Both the position numbers and the translations under genes were made by a program. This document shows positions 19,779 to 29,901 of a stretch of 64,000 nucleotides of DNA, piece by piece. A model generated the notes under the pieces. That model was not told the DNA's origin. It worked only from the letters and a program-made list of their open reading frames with translations, and made no database searches. The stretch spans positions 1 to 64,000 of the IMG/VR virus record IMGVR_UViG_3300042892_002240; one strand, 5' to 3'. This DNA comes from a virus. Each line of letters begins with the position of its first letter. The first letter of the stretch is position 1.

Positions 19779-19790
19779 TAAACTACTTAC

Positions 19791-20588
19791 GTGGCTACTC
19801 TTGAAGACATCAAAACAATTGCACGAACTTACCTTCGTGACTTCCCAAGGTTTTTCCAGACAACTTTTGATGTTTCTGGCCGCACCTACGAACTTGGGCA
19901 CACCAACGTAGATGCTTCTACTATTTGGGTTGCAAGGTATGTAGTAAATGGTGCAACTACCGAACTAACCCCTTCTGACTACTCTCTTGATGAGCGCAAT
20001 GGTGTTTTGCGTTTGGCAACATTGCCGGCGGCAAATACTAAACTTCTTATTGAAGGGTACTACTACGAGTGGGTTACCCCCACTGACTTGGACTTTTATA
20101 CTAGGCGGGCGGTTGAAAAACACGTTCATAATTTAAACCTAGCTATTGACCAACTGTCTGATGTTGTAATCAACGCTATTGGTATAGCAGCCATTACAGA
20201 GTGCTTATGGGCTCTTATGACTGAATACAGTCGTGATATTGATGTTATTACATCTGAATCAGTCCACATCCCTGCCAGTCAGCGTTTTAGGATGGTTCAA
20301 GGACTTTTGGCTCAATGGGAAGCTGAATACAAGCGTCACGCCACAGCCCTAAACATTGGGTTTGACAGGCTTGAGGTATTTAACCTTCGTAGGGTTTCTA
20401 GAAACACCAACAGGCTTGTGCCTTTGTACAAATCCAAAGAACTGGGTGACTTCTCGCCAATGGAACGCCTGTGGCCTGAAATTGACAGTGGAATTGTTGA
20501 CTCTGAAATTAAGGGTGACAATTTGCGAGAAACAGTGTATGTTGATACCACTCCGCCATCTGGTCAAACCACGAGTGCTTATTACTAA
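19791..20588 (+). CDS. Head-tail adaptor/neck protein
   Basis: Position after head genes; DV..SE.V.IP.SQRFR motif. Confidence 0.6.
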   Translation: MATLEDIKTIARTYLRDFPRFFQTTFDVSGRTYELGHTNVDASTIWVARYVVNGATTELTPSDYSLDERNGVLRLATLPAANTKLLIEGYYYEWVTPTDLDFYTRRAVEKHVHNLNLAIDQLSDVVINAIGIAAITECLWALMTEYSRDIDVITSESVHIPASQRFRMVQGLLAQWEAEYKRHATALNIGFDRLEVFNLRRVSRNTNRLVPLYKSKELGDFSPMERLWPEIDSGIVDSEIKGDNLRETVYVDTTPPSGQTTSAYY

Positions 20589-21124
20589 TGGACGTACGCC
20601 GAGAGCTTGATTTAATTAACAAGCACTTTCGCAGGCATCGTGAAATTGCTAGCGAAGCTGTAATTTGGTATGAGTTTTTGCCATTAGGCTCATCTAGCGC
20701 AGGAAGCATCTATGATGATGTGTACGACGAAGGCGTCAAGGGTGCTGGCGGTAAAAGCTACGGACCTGGTATTACCTTACCCGTTATGTTGGTTAGTGAA
20801 ACCGAAGATCAACGGCGGTCAATCCCAGAGGGTCGTCAAGTTGTACAAACAATTGACATGTTTATTGCAATTAAAGACATGCGAGAAGCGGGGATATCTG
20901 CCCCATGGGAATACCGTTACCATTTAAATGACATGTTTGTCTACGATGGCCGTTACTACCAGGTGTTTGACTACAAAGTTAGAGGCCGCTTAAAAGACGA
21001 TGTGTTTGTACTAGTTCAAGGTATTGAAATTTACATAAATCAGGAATACACAAACGATCCAGGGTTGCCTACCTTGACTGCCACTAACTACCCTTGGCCA
21101 GCACAGCTTCCCAGTTTAGGCTAA
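20588..21124 (+). CDS. Head closure/stopper protein
   Basis: Synteny; beta-rich, D.F.YDG.YY.V. Confidence 0.55.
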   Translation: MDVRRELDLINKHFRRHREIASEAVIWYEFLPLGSSSAGSIYDDVYDEGVKGAGGKSYGPGITLPVMLVSETEDQRRSIPEGRQVVQTIDMFIAIKDMREAGISAPWEYRYHLNDMFVYDGRYYQVFDYKVRGRLKDDVFVLVQGIEIYINQEYTNDPGLPTLTATNYPWPAQLPSLG

Positions 21125-21182
21125 AATAAAAGTAACTCAACGTGCGTTGAGGGCCTACCGCCTAGAACTTTGGAGAATTGCC

Positions 21183-21578
21183 ATGCAAAAGGCTAATTCA
21201 CAACCTGCTTCATCCAAAAGTTCTGCACCCTTCTTTGACCCCAAATCTTTTGCTACCGGATGCGTTGAAATCATTCAAGCATTGCAAGAAGATTTTAAAA
21301 CTGCTGCTAAAAAAGCCACGCGTGAATACCAAAAACGCATACGCTCTGAGGCATCCAACAACCCGTCATGGGCCCCATTTGCAAACAATTTATATGCAAC
21401 TTTTGATGCAAAAAACAATAAAGTTGTTGTTGGGATTGATGGCACTGACGAACTTTTAGACAGAATTGCAGAAGTTGAATATGGTACTGGAATTGTTCCA
21501 CCAGTTCCTTTATACCGTAAATTTACAACTGAATCTGCTCAAGAAGTTCAATTACTTGTAAATAAGTACAGCCGATGA
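21183..21578 (+). CDS. Neck/tail completion protein
   Basis: EYGT...PP.P..R motif as in HK97 gp10-like proteins; synteny. Confidence 0.5.
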   Translation: MQKANSQPASSKSSAPFFDPKSFATGCVEIIQALQEDFKTAAKKATREYQKRIRSEASNNPSWAPFANNLYATFDAKNNKVVVGIDGTDELLDRIAEVEYGTGIVPPVPLYRKFTTESAQEVQLLVNKYSR

Positions 21579-22276
21579 CTAACCCCGGATTTCTCCTTGC
21601 AGAAGATGCTGCGATTAAACATCGTTTATCAAACATTTCTGTTTCCGATGATCGAAATGCTACGCGTATTGCTAAAGTTTTCTTTAGATACCCAGAAGGG
21701 GAAACGGAAAAAGAATACCCTTTTATAACCATTGAAAATGTTGGATTACAGCACGACAGATCCCGCCAGCTTTCTGAAACTAATTATTATTTTTCTAATG
21801 CTGCTGGTGCGTCTTTATCCCCAGATTATGTTAATTACTACCCTTCGGAATTAGATAACGCTGGCATGGTAGCTGCATTGGGTGCTAATAGCTTTCTTAA
21901 AATGGAATCATTTGTTCCAGTTATGCTTACTTATCAAATTTCTACGTATGCCAGAACTGCGCTGCATGACCGGCAATTAACTTCTAAAATGTTACGCAGG
22001 GTAACCCCATTCCGTCGTGGGTTTATTGATGTTCCTGAAGACGGCACAATTCGTCGTTTTGATCTTCTGTCATGGGGCAACTCGGACCTTCTTGACGGAG
22101 AAACTGGGTATCGTAAACGTATATTTAGGAAAGTGTACACAGTACAAATGTCTGCTGAGATACCTACATCCGACCTTGCCGCAGTCAAGCAAGTTACATC
22201 GGTTGTTGGTAGTATTAATAACGCAGATAACGAGAATCCCACAATATTCACCCACTCGTTTTCGGAGGATTTTTAA
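21575..22276 (+). CDS. Tail terminator/sheath stabiliser
   Basis: YPFITI, PV.L.YQI..Y motifs; directly before the sheath gene. Confidence 0.6.
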   Translation: MTNPGFLLAEDAAIKHRLSNISVSDDRNATRIAKVFFRYPEGETEKEYPFITIENVGLQHDRSRQLSETNYYFSNAAGASLSPDYVNYYPSELDNAGMVAALGANSFLKMESFVPVMLTYQISTYARTALHDRQLTSKMLRRVTPFRRGFIDVPEDGTIRRFDLLSWGNSDLLDGETGYRKRIFRKVYTVQMSAEIPTSDLAAVKQVTSVVGSINNADNENPTIFTHSFSEDF

Positions 22277-23862
22277 TGGCAACTTATACAAACCCAGGTG
22301 TGTACGTTAGTGAATCAACATTGGTTAACAACGTACAACGTGCAAATACGGCCCAGTCAGTTGCAGTCTTCATTGGCACTGCACCTCGTGGTCCCATGAC
22401 CCCTACGTTAATTAACTCATGGAGTGGCTTTAAAGCTTACTATGGGGACATTACAATTGGAAACGAATTGGGTTACTCGGTTTACCATTATTTTGCTAAT
22501 GGTGGGCGCGACGCGTATATCATCCGCACCTTGCATACCTCTGGTGCTGCCCCGCTGGCTCGTTCTGCTGCTTCCTACGTCACCTACTTTCCCGCAGGCA
22601 GCGGAAGTAGTGCTGGCGCTTCAGCGATGTTTACTGCAGTTGCAGCAAACCCTGGAGCATGGGGTACTGGTTTAACTATTACTACTTCAAGCAGTCCTGC
22701 TGCACCATCAAATGTAACAGCTTCCTACCCAACTTTTAATGTTTCAGTAAAACTTAATGGTACTGAAGTTGAAAACTGGAATGAAGTTTCATTGGATCCC
22801 TCAAACAACCGTTACCTCCTTGATGTAGTTAACACTTATTCAAAGTACATCACTGTTGCCTCACCTGCTGGAGCAACAGTTGGTTGGGCAATTAAGGAAG
22901 ATGTTGCTGACGTCTTTACTTTTGCTGCTTATTCAACTCCTTTTGAATCCGCTACAGTTTCTGCCAGCGTAGCTACCAACGGCACAGACGTTGGTGTTGG
23001 AGATTATCAAGCTGCAATTGGCAAAGTTGACAGTATTACTGGTTCTTTGTTGATCAACGTTCCTGGTCAAACAAACTCAAGCATTGTCACTACGGCGCTA
23101 AACACGGCTGAAGCCCGAGGTGATTCGTTTGTAATCATTGACCCAGCAGCAAGTGGTACAACTCTTACCAGTGTTACTGGAGCTATTTCTTCCTACCCCA
23201 AGTCATCCTACGGTGCTGTGTACTACCCGCAGTTGCTCATGGCTGACCCAACAAAGACCGGTCCTGCAGCAGTACGTAACACTTTCCCAGGTGGGGCAGT
23301 TGCTGGTGTTTATATGCGCAGTGAAATTGCTCGCACGGTGGCTAAGGCCCCCGCTGGTTATGACTTGGACATTCGTAACGCTTTGGGACTTACTGGCTCG
23401 TTTACAGAATCAGAAGCTGGCGCATTATACGAAACGCACAACGTAAACTTGTTTAAATCAATTCCCGGAGCAGGGATTGTCATTAACGGTGCTCGCACGT
23501 TGAGCAAGGCAACCCCAGCTAAGTACATCCCAATTCGTCGTTCATTAAATTACTTGAAGCAGGTTATTAAAGCCGAAACTGCTTTTGCGGTGTTTGAGCC
23601 TAACGATGAGCGTTTGTGGACTCGTATCAACATGAATGTTTCTTCATTACTGAGTGACTTCTGGCGTGCTGGTGGTCTAAAGGGCGCTAATGCTAACCAA
23701 GCGTTCTATATCGTTTGTAACAGTACTAATAACACGTCTACTACGATTAACAATGGGGAAGTACATGTTGAGGTTGGAGTTGCCTTGCAATACCCAGCCG
23801 AATTTATTGTTATTAATTTAAGCCAATGGACCGGTGGCTCTAACACCGTTTCAACACTCTGA
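22276..23862 (+). CDS. Contractile tail sheath protein
   Basis: Y..PGVYV.E, F.G.APRGP..P.LI.SW..F, YFANGG, KAPAG, GARTL, FEPND..LW, PAEFIVI. Confidence 0.95.
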   Translation: MATYTNPGVYVSESTLVNNVQRANTAQSVAVFIGTAPRGPMTPTLINSWSGFKAYYGDITIGNELGYSVYHYFANGGRDAYIIRTLHTSGAAPLARSAASYVTYFPAGSGSSAGASAMFTAVAANPGAWGTGLTITTSSSPAAPSNVTASYPTFNVSVKLNGTEVENWNEVSLDPSNNRYLLDVVNTYSKYITVASPAGATVGWAIKEDVADVFTFAAYSTPFESATVSASVATNGTDVGVGDYQAAIGKVDSITGSLLINVPGQTNSSIVTTALNTAEARGDSFVIIDPAASGTTLTSVTGAISSYPKSSYGAVYYPQLLMADPTKTGPAAVRNTFPGGAVAGVYMRSEIARTVAKAPAGYDLDIRNALGLTGSFTESEAGALYETHNVNLFKSIPGAGIVINGARTLSKATPAKYIPIRRSLNYLKQVIKAETAFAVFEPNDERLWTRINMNVSSLLSDFWRAGGLKGANANQAFYIVCNSTNNTSTTINNGEVHVEVGVALQYPAEFIVINLSQWTGGSNTVSTL

Positions 23863-23876
23863 TAGGAGACTCATAA

Positions 23877-24491
23877 ATGGCACGTTCTACTGTTACCGAT
23901 CCGGTTCGTAACTTTAAATTCCAAGTTTCAATTGTTGCTAAAGGGGCCCTTGCTACATACGCAAGTGGCCTAAGTAATATTGGATTTGCGGTTATGTCTG
24001 GTCTTTCTGTTCAAAATGAAATGGTTGGGTACCGTGAAGGTGGAATGAACACCCACCCACACAAGTTTATTGGCCAATCGGATTTTGCTCCGGTTACCTT
24101 TAGCCGTGGCGTATTTTCTGGTCAAGACCAAATGTACAAATGGCAACAATTCTTGCATTCTTGGAATCAAGCGTCGGATGGTTCAAAAAGTGGTACAAAC
24201 ACCGCAAAAGGAAACGACTACCGTTGTGACATTCTTGTAAAAATCTTTGATCACCCTATTTCCTCAGGTTCCTATTCAAACCCAGGTGACGTTGACACTT
24301 CAAACATTGCACCAGGTGACGCTCGACTTGGTTTTAAACTCTTTAACTGTTTCCCCGGCGCTTACTCATTGAGTGACCTTAACGCCGCTGACAGCGGTTT
24401 AATGGTCCAACAAATGACTGTTCATCACGAAGGTTTTGTGGTAGCTTGGAACAAAGAAGATGTTACAGCACTAGCTACATTAGGTGGCTAA
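23877..24491 (+). CDS. Tail tube protein (T4 gp19-like)
   Basis: DPVRNFKF.V, GF...SGL, YREGG, P.TF.RGV, L.A, HEG. Confidence 0.9.
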   Translation: MARSTVTDPVRNFKFQVSIVAKGALATYASGLSNIGFAVMSGLSVQNEMVGYREGGMNTHPHKFIGQSDFAPVTFSRGVFSGQDQMYKWQQFLHSWNQASDGSKSGTNTAKGNDYRCDILVKIFDHPISSGSYSNPGDVDTSNIAPGDARLGFKLFNCFPGAYSLSDLNAADSGLMVQQMTVHHEGFVVAWNKEDVTALATLGG

Positions 24492-24511
24492 TTAACTATT
24501 AGGAGAAGTAC

Positions 24512-25309
24512 TTGAGTACACAACAAGAAGCCAATTCGTTAAATCTATCTATTTCAGACCCAGTACCAGCATTACAAGAACCAGAAAGTCCATTAGTTAC
24601 TCTTCAAAGAGGAGTTGTTGACCCTGACACTGGAGAGTGGCAAGTTGACGCTGAAGTCCGAGAAATGAATGGTGGCGACGAAGAGTACCTAGCTACCATT
24701 GAATCCAAAGGCAATATCACTTACGCCGAGTACATGGCTGCTCTATTAAAAAGAGCAGTCGTACGTATTGGTTCGTGTGTTATCTCAGATAGCCCATCTA
24801 TTTTGGACACCATCACAATTGGTGATCGTGACATCTTATTCCTTGGGGTAATCAAAGCCACGTACGGTTCTTCAAAGAAGTTTCAAGCAACTTGCCCAAA
24901 TTGCAACAAAAGCAATGATGTAGTTATGAATTTAATTGAAGATTTTCCAATTCAAGAACCAAATGTAAACTTACGTTCTACAATTACCCAAACTCTTAAA
25001 AACGGAAAAGTTGTAAGATTACGTCTACCTAATACAGGAGACAGTATTCATGTGGGTAAAAACAGCACATTATCTGCTGTTCAGAACACTTTGATGCTTT
25101 CTAGATGTGCTGTTTGGGATGAAGCTGACCGCCCAGCTAACGCTGAAGAATGGGCTAAATCACTTAACGTTGCAGATCGTAGTATGCTTGTAAATGCACT
25201 GCTCAGTATTGAAGCAGGGCCCAAAATTGAAGGGGTGAATATCCAATGCGCCCATTGTGGGGGAGACATCTCCGTAATGCTTGATTGGATATCCCTTTTA
25301 CTTGGTTAA
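24512..25309 (+). CDS. Tail/baseplate assembly chaperone (T4 gp26-like) with two CxxC motifs
   Basis: VREM.G.DEE.L, L.IGDRD.L, CPNC, CAHC. Confidence 0.75.
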   Translation: MSTQQEANSLNLSISDPVPALQEPESPLVTLQRGVVDPDTGEWQVDAEVREMNGGDEEYLATIESKGNITYAEYMAALLKRAVVRIGSCVISDSPSILDTITIGDRDILFLGVIKATYGSSKKFQATCPNCNKSNDVVMNLIEDFPIQEPNVNLRSTITQTLKNGKVVRLRLPNTGDSIHVGKNSTLSAVQNTLMLSRCAVWDEADRPANAEEWAKSLNVADRSMLVNALLSIEAGPKIEGVNIQCAHCGGDISVMLDWISLLLG

Positions 25310-25442
25310 TCTTAAATACACTTATTGGGAATACGAACTCATAGCCTCTGTTTACAAAGGGTTTAACCTTACGGATTTACGGTCAATGACTGTCCGCCAA
25401 CGGGACTTTTGGTTCCATATGGCAAAATGGAGAAGCAAGTAA
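25278..25442 (+). CDS. +1-frame extension/small ORF of the tail chaperone (possible frameshift product)
   Basis: Open +1 frame ...LVNLKYTYWEYELIASVYKGFNLTDLRSMTVRQRDFWFHMAKWRSK; no good SD/ATG at its 5' end. Confidence 0.65.
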   Translation, partial: CLIGYPFYLVNLKYTYWEYELIASVYKGFNLTDLRSMTVRQRDFWFHMAKWRSK

Positions 25443-25455
25443 GGAGGCATTATAA

Positions 25456-27837
25456 ATGAGTAACAACTTATCCCAGTCTGGTGCTGAAGGTTCAATTGGC
25501 GGCTTTGGTAGCCGCCTTATGAAGGCTGTCGGGCAAGGGCTCTCTATTAACCCACAGTCTTTATCAGGCGCAGACAAGAGCATTGACGCCCTCTTAGGGA
25601 AACTTAAAAAAGTACAAGCTCAACTGGATGGTATTAATAAGTCTGCCGCTGCCGCGGGTCTTTCTTTAGCTGGGGTAAACACCACAACAGCAACAACTAT
25701 TCAAGGTGCCGCTGGCACCAACGTGGCTGGTGGACCCACCCCTTCTGGTGGTGGGTCTAAGCCCACAAAAATGATTAGCACTTTAAAAAGTGCTGGTGCA
25801 GAATTTTTAGGTATTGGTGGTGACCCTCTTGCAAAAGCAGCATCTTCATTAGGAGTTGAAGGCTTTGCTAAAGCTAACCCTTACGTAGCTGTTGCTGCAG
25901 CTGGCACCAAAATGATAAACATGGGTATTAGCGCCGCTAACAAAAGCATGGCTAAAAACCGAGATTACACTTTGCAAGCAGACCGCACGTCAGTCTTGTA
26001 CCAACAAATGCATGGTTTAACGCAATTGGGTGTTAGCACTAAATACAGAATGCCATTAACAGACTACCGTCTTGGTGCGGGTGGTATTGAAGACATTATG
26101 GCTATGGAATCTGCTACCGGTATTAGTGGTGTCCAGCAAGCTTCAAGTATTGAAGCCATGCGCACTATGAGTGGATATGGTTTAAGTACGGGGGATGTTA
26201 CCAACATGATTGGTAATTTGGCTTCCCCTGGTACTGCTAACCAGATGTTCATGATGGGTGGAATTGGGTTAATTGGTCCTGGCGGAAAACAAAGATCAAT
26301 GATGGACGTAATGAAAAGCATTGTGCAAAGCGCAGGACTTACTGATAAAAAAATGGTTGATTCTGCGTTTGCTCCAGGTTCTGTAACCCGTTCAAAATTA
26401 AAGCAAATGGGTGTCCCTGATTCAATGATTACCCAAGTACTTCAATACGCTAAACAAAACATTACTTACAAAGAAAAGGGTGGCAAAGGACTATACGATC
26501 CTAGTGTTAAAGCACAAAGACAAACTATGGGTATTGAAGGAAACTTTGCAACTCAAGTTGAAGAAACTCAAAGATTAGAAACTAAAAGAAGTGAAAACTA
26601 TTCTCGTCGGCAAGTAGATAACTACGCCGAACTTGAGAAACAAACTCAAAGTTTGACTAAAATGTTTGGTGCCTTAGAAGACACTTTATCTGGGTTAATT
26701 GGCGGCATTGGTTCTCAAAAAATTGCAACTTCTATTTTTACAGGCTCAACAGGGTTTTTGGGTGACCCCCCAAGTGGATCGGGTGGTGGTACTAAGCCCG
26801 CTGTTTCAAACGCAAAAAAAGAAGTTAAAAGTAGCAACAAGAGCGACGACAGTATTTACGTACCAATTGAAGGTGCTGGCCGTGTTTCTATTTCAAAACT
26901 TAAATCACGTGAAGATTTTAAAAAAGTACACCCAAAACTACAAGAACGAGTACTTGGTCTACTACGAGCCCACCCAGAAGTTGGGTATGGTGGTGGGTAC
27001 AGAGATGACGATTTCCAAGAAGTTTTGTTTAAAAACAACTACAGCAAAACGTCTTTGTCAAAAGCTGAATATGACGGTTTAGACGCTGCTTCTAAAAAAG
27101 ATTACAAACAATGGGGTGGCACTTACTGGGTTAAAAAAGCAGGCGGGCATGATGTTGCTGCTCCTGGCCGCTCTATGCACAAACTTGGGTTAGCAGTTGA
27201 CTTAGGAAGTTCTAAAGCTGCAGAAGACGCAATTCGTAAATTTGCAGCAAACTATCAATTGCGACATGCTGGTGCTCGTAACGAAGTCTACCACGTAGGT
27301 CCTTCTGACCTACCTGAGTCAAGAGAGACATATGAAGCACGTGGTGCAACATGGGGGTACGGCACAGATGGTCCAACCCCTAAAGATTCAAGTTCGGATG
27401 CTGGTTCAGTAGGTGCTACACCTATTGCAGCCAGTGGCTCAGGTGTCAGCGCCTTAGAACCTCCCGCAGCGGAGGGTTATGGAGCATCTGGAATGGAACA
27501 CAGGCCTTACCAGAACATATCTACAAGAGTTGCAGCTGATGTTGGTGGGTCAATAAACGCTAGTAGAACACCTTCTATGTCTATGCCAGCAGCTTCGTCA
27601 GTTAAATTGGGGGATCCAGAACCAATTCAAACTCTTGAAACAACCCGAATGGTTAGATCAAACTCTAGTCAAAGTGGTCAAAGTGTTTCAGTAGTAAAAA
27701 GCGGAACTACTATAAATCTAAGTCCAACAATAAACATCTCTGGTGCTGGTTCAAAGGCAGACTTAAAAAAGATTGCAAATGAACTTATTACATTAATGCG
27801 CCATGAAGTGGAGTTAGAAAGTTTGAGAGGAAGATAA
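25456..27837 (+). CDS. Tape-measure-like protein with M15 peptidase domain
   Basis: A/G/S/M-rich helical N-half; VHPKL..R, GYRD...Q, APGRSMHKLGLAVD, EVYH. Confidence 0.8.
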   Translation: MSNNLSQSGAEGSIGGFGSRLMKAVGQGLSINPQSLSGADKSIDALLGKLKKVQAQLDGINKSAAAAGLSLAGVNTTTATTIQGAAGTNVAGGPTPSGGGSKPTKMISTLKSAGAEFLGIGGDPLAKAASSLGVEGFAKANPYVAVAAAGTKMINMGISAANKSMAKNRDYTLQADRTSVLYQQMHGLTQLGVSTKYRMPLTDYRLGAGGIEDIMAMESATGISGVQQASSIEAMRTMSGYGLSTGDVTNMIGNLASPGTANQMFMMGGIGLIGPGGKQRSMMDVMKSIVQSAGLTDKKMVDSAFAPGSVTRSKLKQMGVPDSMITQVLQYAKQNITYKEKGGKGLYDPSVKAQRQTMGIEGNFATQVEETQRLETKRSENYSRRQVDNYAELEKQTQSLTKMFGALEDTLSGLIGGIGSQKIATSIFTGSTGFLGDPPSGSGGGTKPAVSNAKKEVKSSNKSDDSIYVPIEGAGRVSISKLKSREDFKKVHPKLQERVLGLLRAHPEVGYGGGYRDDDFQEVLFKNNYSKTSLSKAEYDGLDAASKKDYKQWGGTYWVKKAGGHDVAAPGRSMHKLGLAVDLGSSKAAEDAIRKFAANYQLRHAGARNEVYHVGPSDLPESRETYEARGATWGYGTDGPTPKDSSSDAGSVGATPIAASGSGVSALEPPAAEGYGASGMEHRPYQNISTRVAADVGGSINASRTPSMSMPAASSVKLGDPEPIQTLETTRMVRSNSSQSGQSVSVVKSGTTINLSPTINISGAGSKADLKKIANELITLMRHEVELESLRGR

Positions 27838-29657
27838 TGGCAGACGGTTACAGAAATAATGGGTTGTTTAAAATTGACCCAGATCTTGAAAAAGCAAGAG
27901 ATCGTGGCATCGTTAACCCACCTTTTTTATACCCACCTAAGACAGTTCGGTTTTTAGACGCTCAAGATTCATTAGATGGTGTTGCCGCAGGTGAATTTAA
28001 ATCATATGAGCTACAACGAGGTTACTTGAGAAATTTAGCTCAACCAATGATGGGCGAAACACCAATTAATAAATGTAACTTTCAATTTAACCCACAAGAT
28101 ATTAGGCAAAGCGTTCAAATGCGCGAAGACATGTATTTAGCAGTACTGCAGGACCCTGTGCAACTTTCACAGCCCATTGGCGCTCAAATGAACTTCCAAT
28201 TTGACTTGTTGTTTGATAGACAAATGGAAGTAGCACGAGGACTAGGTGGGGCTGGTGTGAGTGAAGAAGTGGCTGACCAAATTGGTGTTATGAGGGATTT
28301 AAAAGTGCTGTACGCTGCCATTGGTCAAGGTTTATCTGAAGGTATGGTTGAAAGCCAACTAAAAGCATTACAAGATGGTGCTACTAGAGTTTATGGTAAT
28401 AACAACCCAGCCACCACCCCAGACAATGGGGATGATGCCGAAACTCCCGTTGCACCAACTTTCTCAGCATTTGATGAGCTTGGTACGCAAAACGGCACCG
28501 ACTTTTTAAATATGAATACTGGAAACGCGGCTTTTCTTATGCCAAACCCAGTGCGTTTAATGTTTGCATCTTTGTTTATGCTAGACGGATTTGTTACCGC
28601 AACTAATGTTGAATTCTTAAAGTTCAGCACTAAAATGGTGCCTGTAACTTGCAAAGTAAGCATTTCAATGATGGCTGTATACATTGGATTTGCAAGAAAA
28701 GACACATTTTTAACTACACAATTTCAATCAGCAGCTGATGCTGAAAATGAAGCAAGACGAGCCGATGAAGCAGGGAGTAGGGAACTTCTTGAAGCTTTAA
28801 ACATCACAGGTAAGTCTGTTACGTGGGGGTTTAACTGGGAGTTTACCAAAGGGATGGCGAACGACGGAACACTAAGTGGTCAAACAGATGTTGACAATTT
28901 TGAAGTATTTCCCGCTAATCCTAATGATATTAACAACGGTAACCCTTTAACGGTTGGCCTTGCTGTAAAAACAAAACCATCAAAATACGTTAATACTAAT
29001 AACAACGCCCCCGAAGAACTTAATGAAAACTTTGTTTTTAGATTTGATAAAGTTAAACCTAAAAGGGGCAGCGGACGAGACACTGATGAAATTTTAAGAT
29101 TATACGAAGAAGACGCTCAATTTACTGTATCTTATAATTGGTCGTGCAGAATATATGGAGACCCAACACGAAACTCTACTAATGGTGGGTGGTTAAACAC
29201 AACAGATCCTAACCGTATTATAATAGCCGCAACTGAAGAACAATCTTGGATTAATAAACGTTTTTCTGACAGTGTTTCTAGGGCGCTTGATGACAACAAT
29301 GATTGTGTGTTGCTTGGATTATACCAAGGTTCTAAAAGTGCTTCAAGCAAAAGCGAGTGGGGTGCGGGAACAAGTGGGGATAACCATGGTGACTCTAACG
29401 CTCGTAGATTACTAATTCGTGGTAAGCGGGGAAAAGTAGCTGAATTAACAAATGGTGCTGCTTCTGCTAGACAAAACGCAAACGGATCCGGGTACTACAT
29501 AGTTGTTTGGCAACTTGAAATGACAGGGCTTGTTGCTGGATTGCGCCCTCACTCGAGGCCTGCCCCAGAACAACAATGTATCGTACAAATAAAAAACTCT
29601 AGCGAGAGATTATACATAAATTATAACAACTTAGATTGGACAGCTGGAGGTTCCTAA
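27837..29657 (+). CDS. Tube-initiator/baseplate protein with C-terminal extension
   Basis: FQFNP..I, F.LLFDR, P.RL.F...F...G.V motifs typical of contractile-tail tube initiators. Confidence 0.6.
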   Translation: MADGYRNNGLFKIDPDLEKARDRGIVNPPFLYPPKTVRFLDAQDSLDGVAAGEFKSYELQRGYLRNLAQPMMGETPINKCNFQFNPQDIRQSVQMREDMYLAVLQDPVQLSQPIGAQMNFQFDLLFDRQMEVARGLGGAGVSEEVADQIGVMRDLKVLYAAIGQGLSEGMVESQLKALQDGATRVYGNNNPATTPDNGDDAETPVAPTFSAFDELGTQNGTDFLNMNTGNAAFLMPNPVRLMFASLFMLDGFVTATNVEFLKFSTKMVPVTCKVSISMMAVYIGFARKDTFLTTQFQSAADAENEARRADEAGSRELLEALNITGKSVTWGFNWEFTKGMANDGTLSGQTDVDNFEVFPANPNDINNGNPLTVGLAVKTKPSKYVNTNNNAPEELNENFVFRFDKVKPKRGSGRDTDEILRLYEEDAQFTVSYNWSCRIYGDPTRNSTNGGWLNTTDPNRIIIAATEEQSWINKRFSDSVSRALDDNNDCVLLGLYQGSKSASSKSEWGAGTSGDNHGDSNARRLLIRGKRGKVAELTNGAASARQNANGSGYYIVVWQLEMTGLVAGLRPHSRPAPEQQCIVQIKNSSERLYINYNNLDWTAGGS

Positions 29658-29658
29658 T

Positions 29659-29901
29659 ATGGCTACATACACTAGTTCTAACCGATACAGATTGTCCGTA
29701 GCAAACACCACCGCTGATAGGGTTGCTTACACAACACGTAGCTACTACCAATACACTTCCAAACAAGGTGACACTTTTCAAATCATTGCTTCAAAAATCT
29801 TAAATGATGGTACACGCTATTGGGAAATTGCAGATTTTAATCCTCAAATTCAATGGCCGGATGTAATTCCTGCTGGAACAACCCTTCGGATACCTAGATG
29901 A
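29659..29901 (+). CDS. LysM-domain baseplate protein
   Basis: GDTF..IA...L.D..RYWEIAD.NP....P..IPAGT.LRIP. Confidence 0.85.
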   Translation: MATYTSSNRYRLSVANTTADRVAYTTRSYYQYTSKQGDTFQIIASKILNDGTRYWEIADFNPQIQWPDVIPAGTTLRIPR

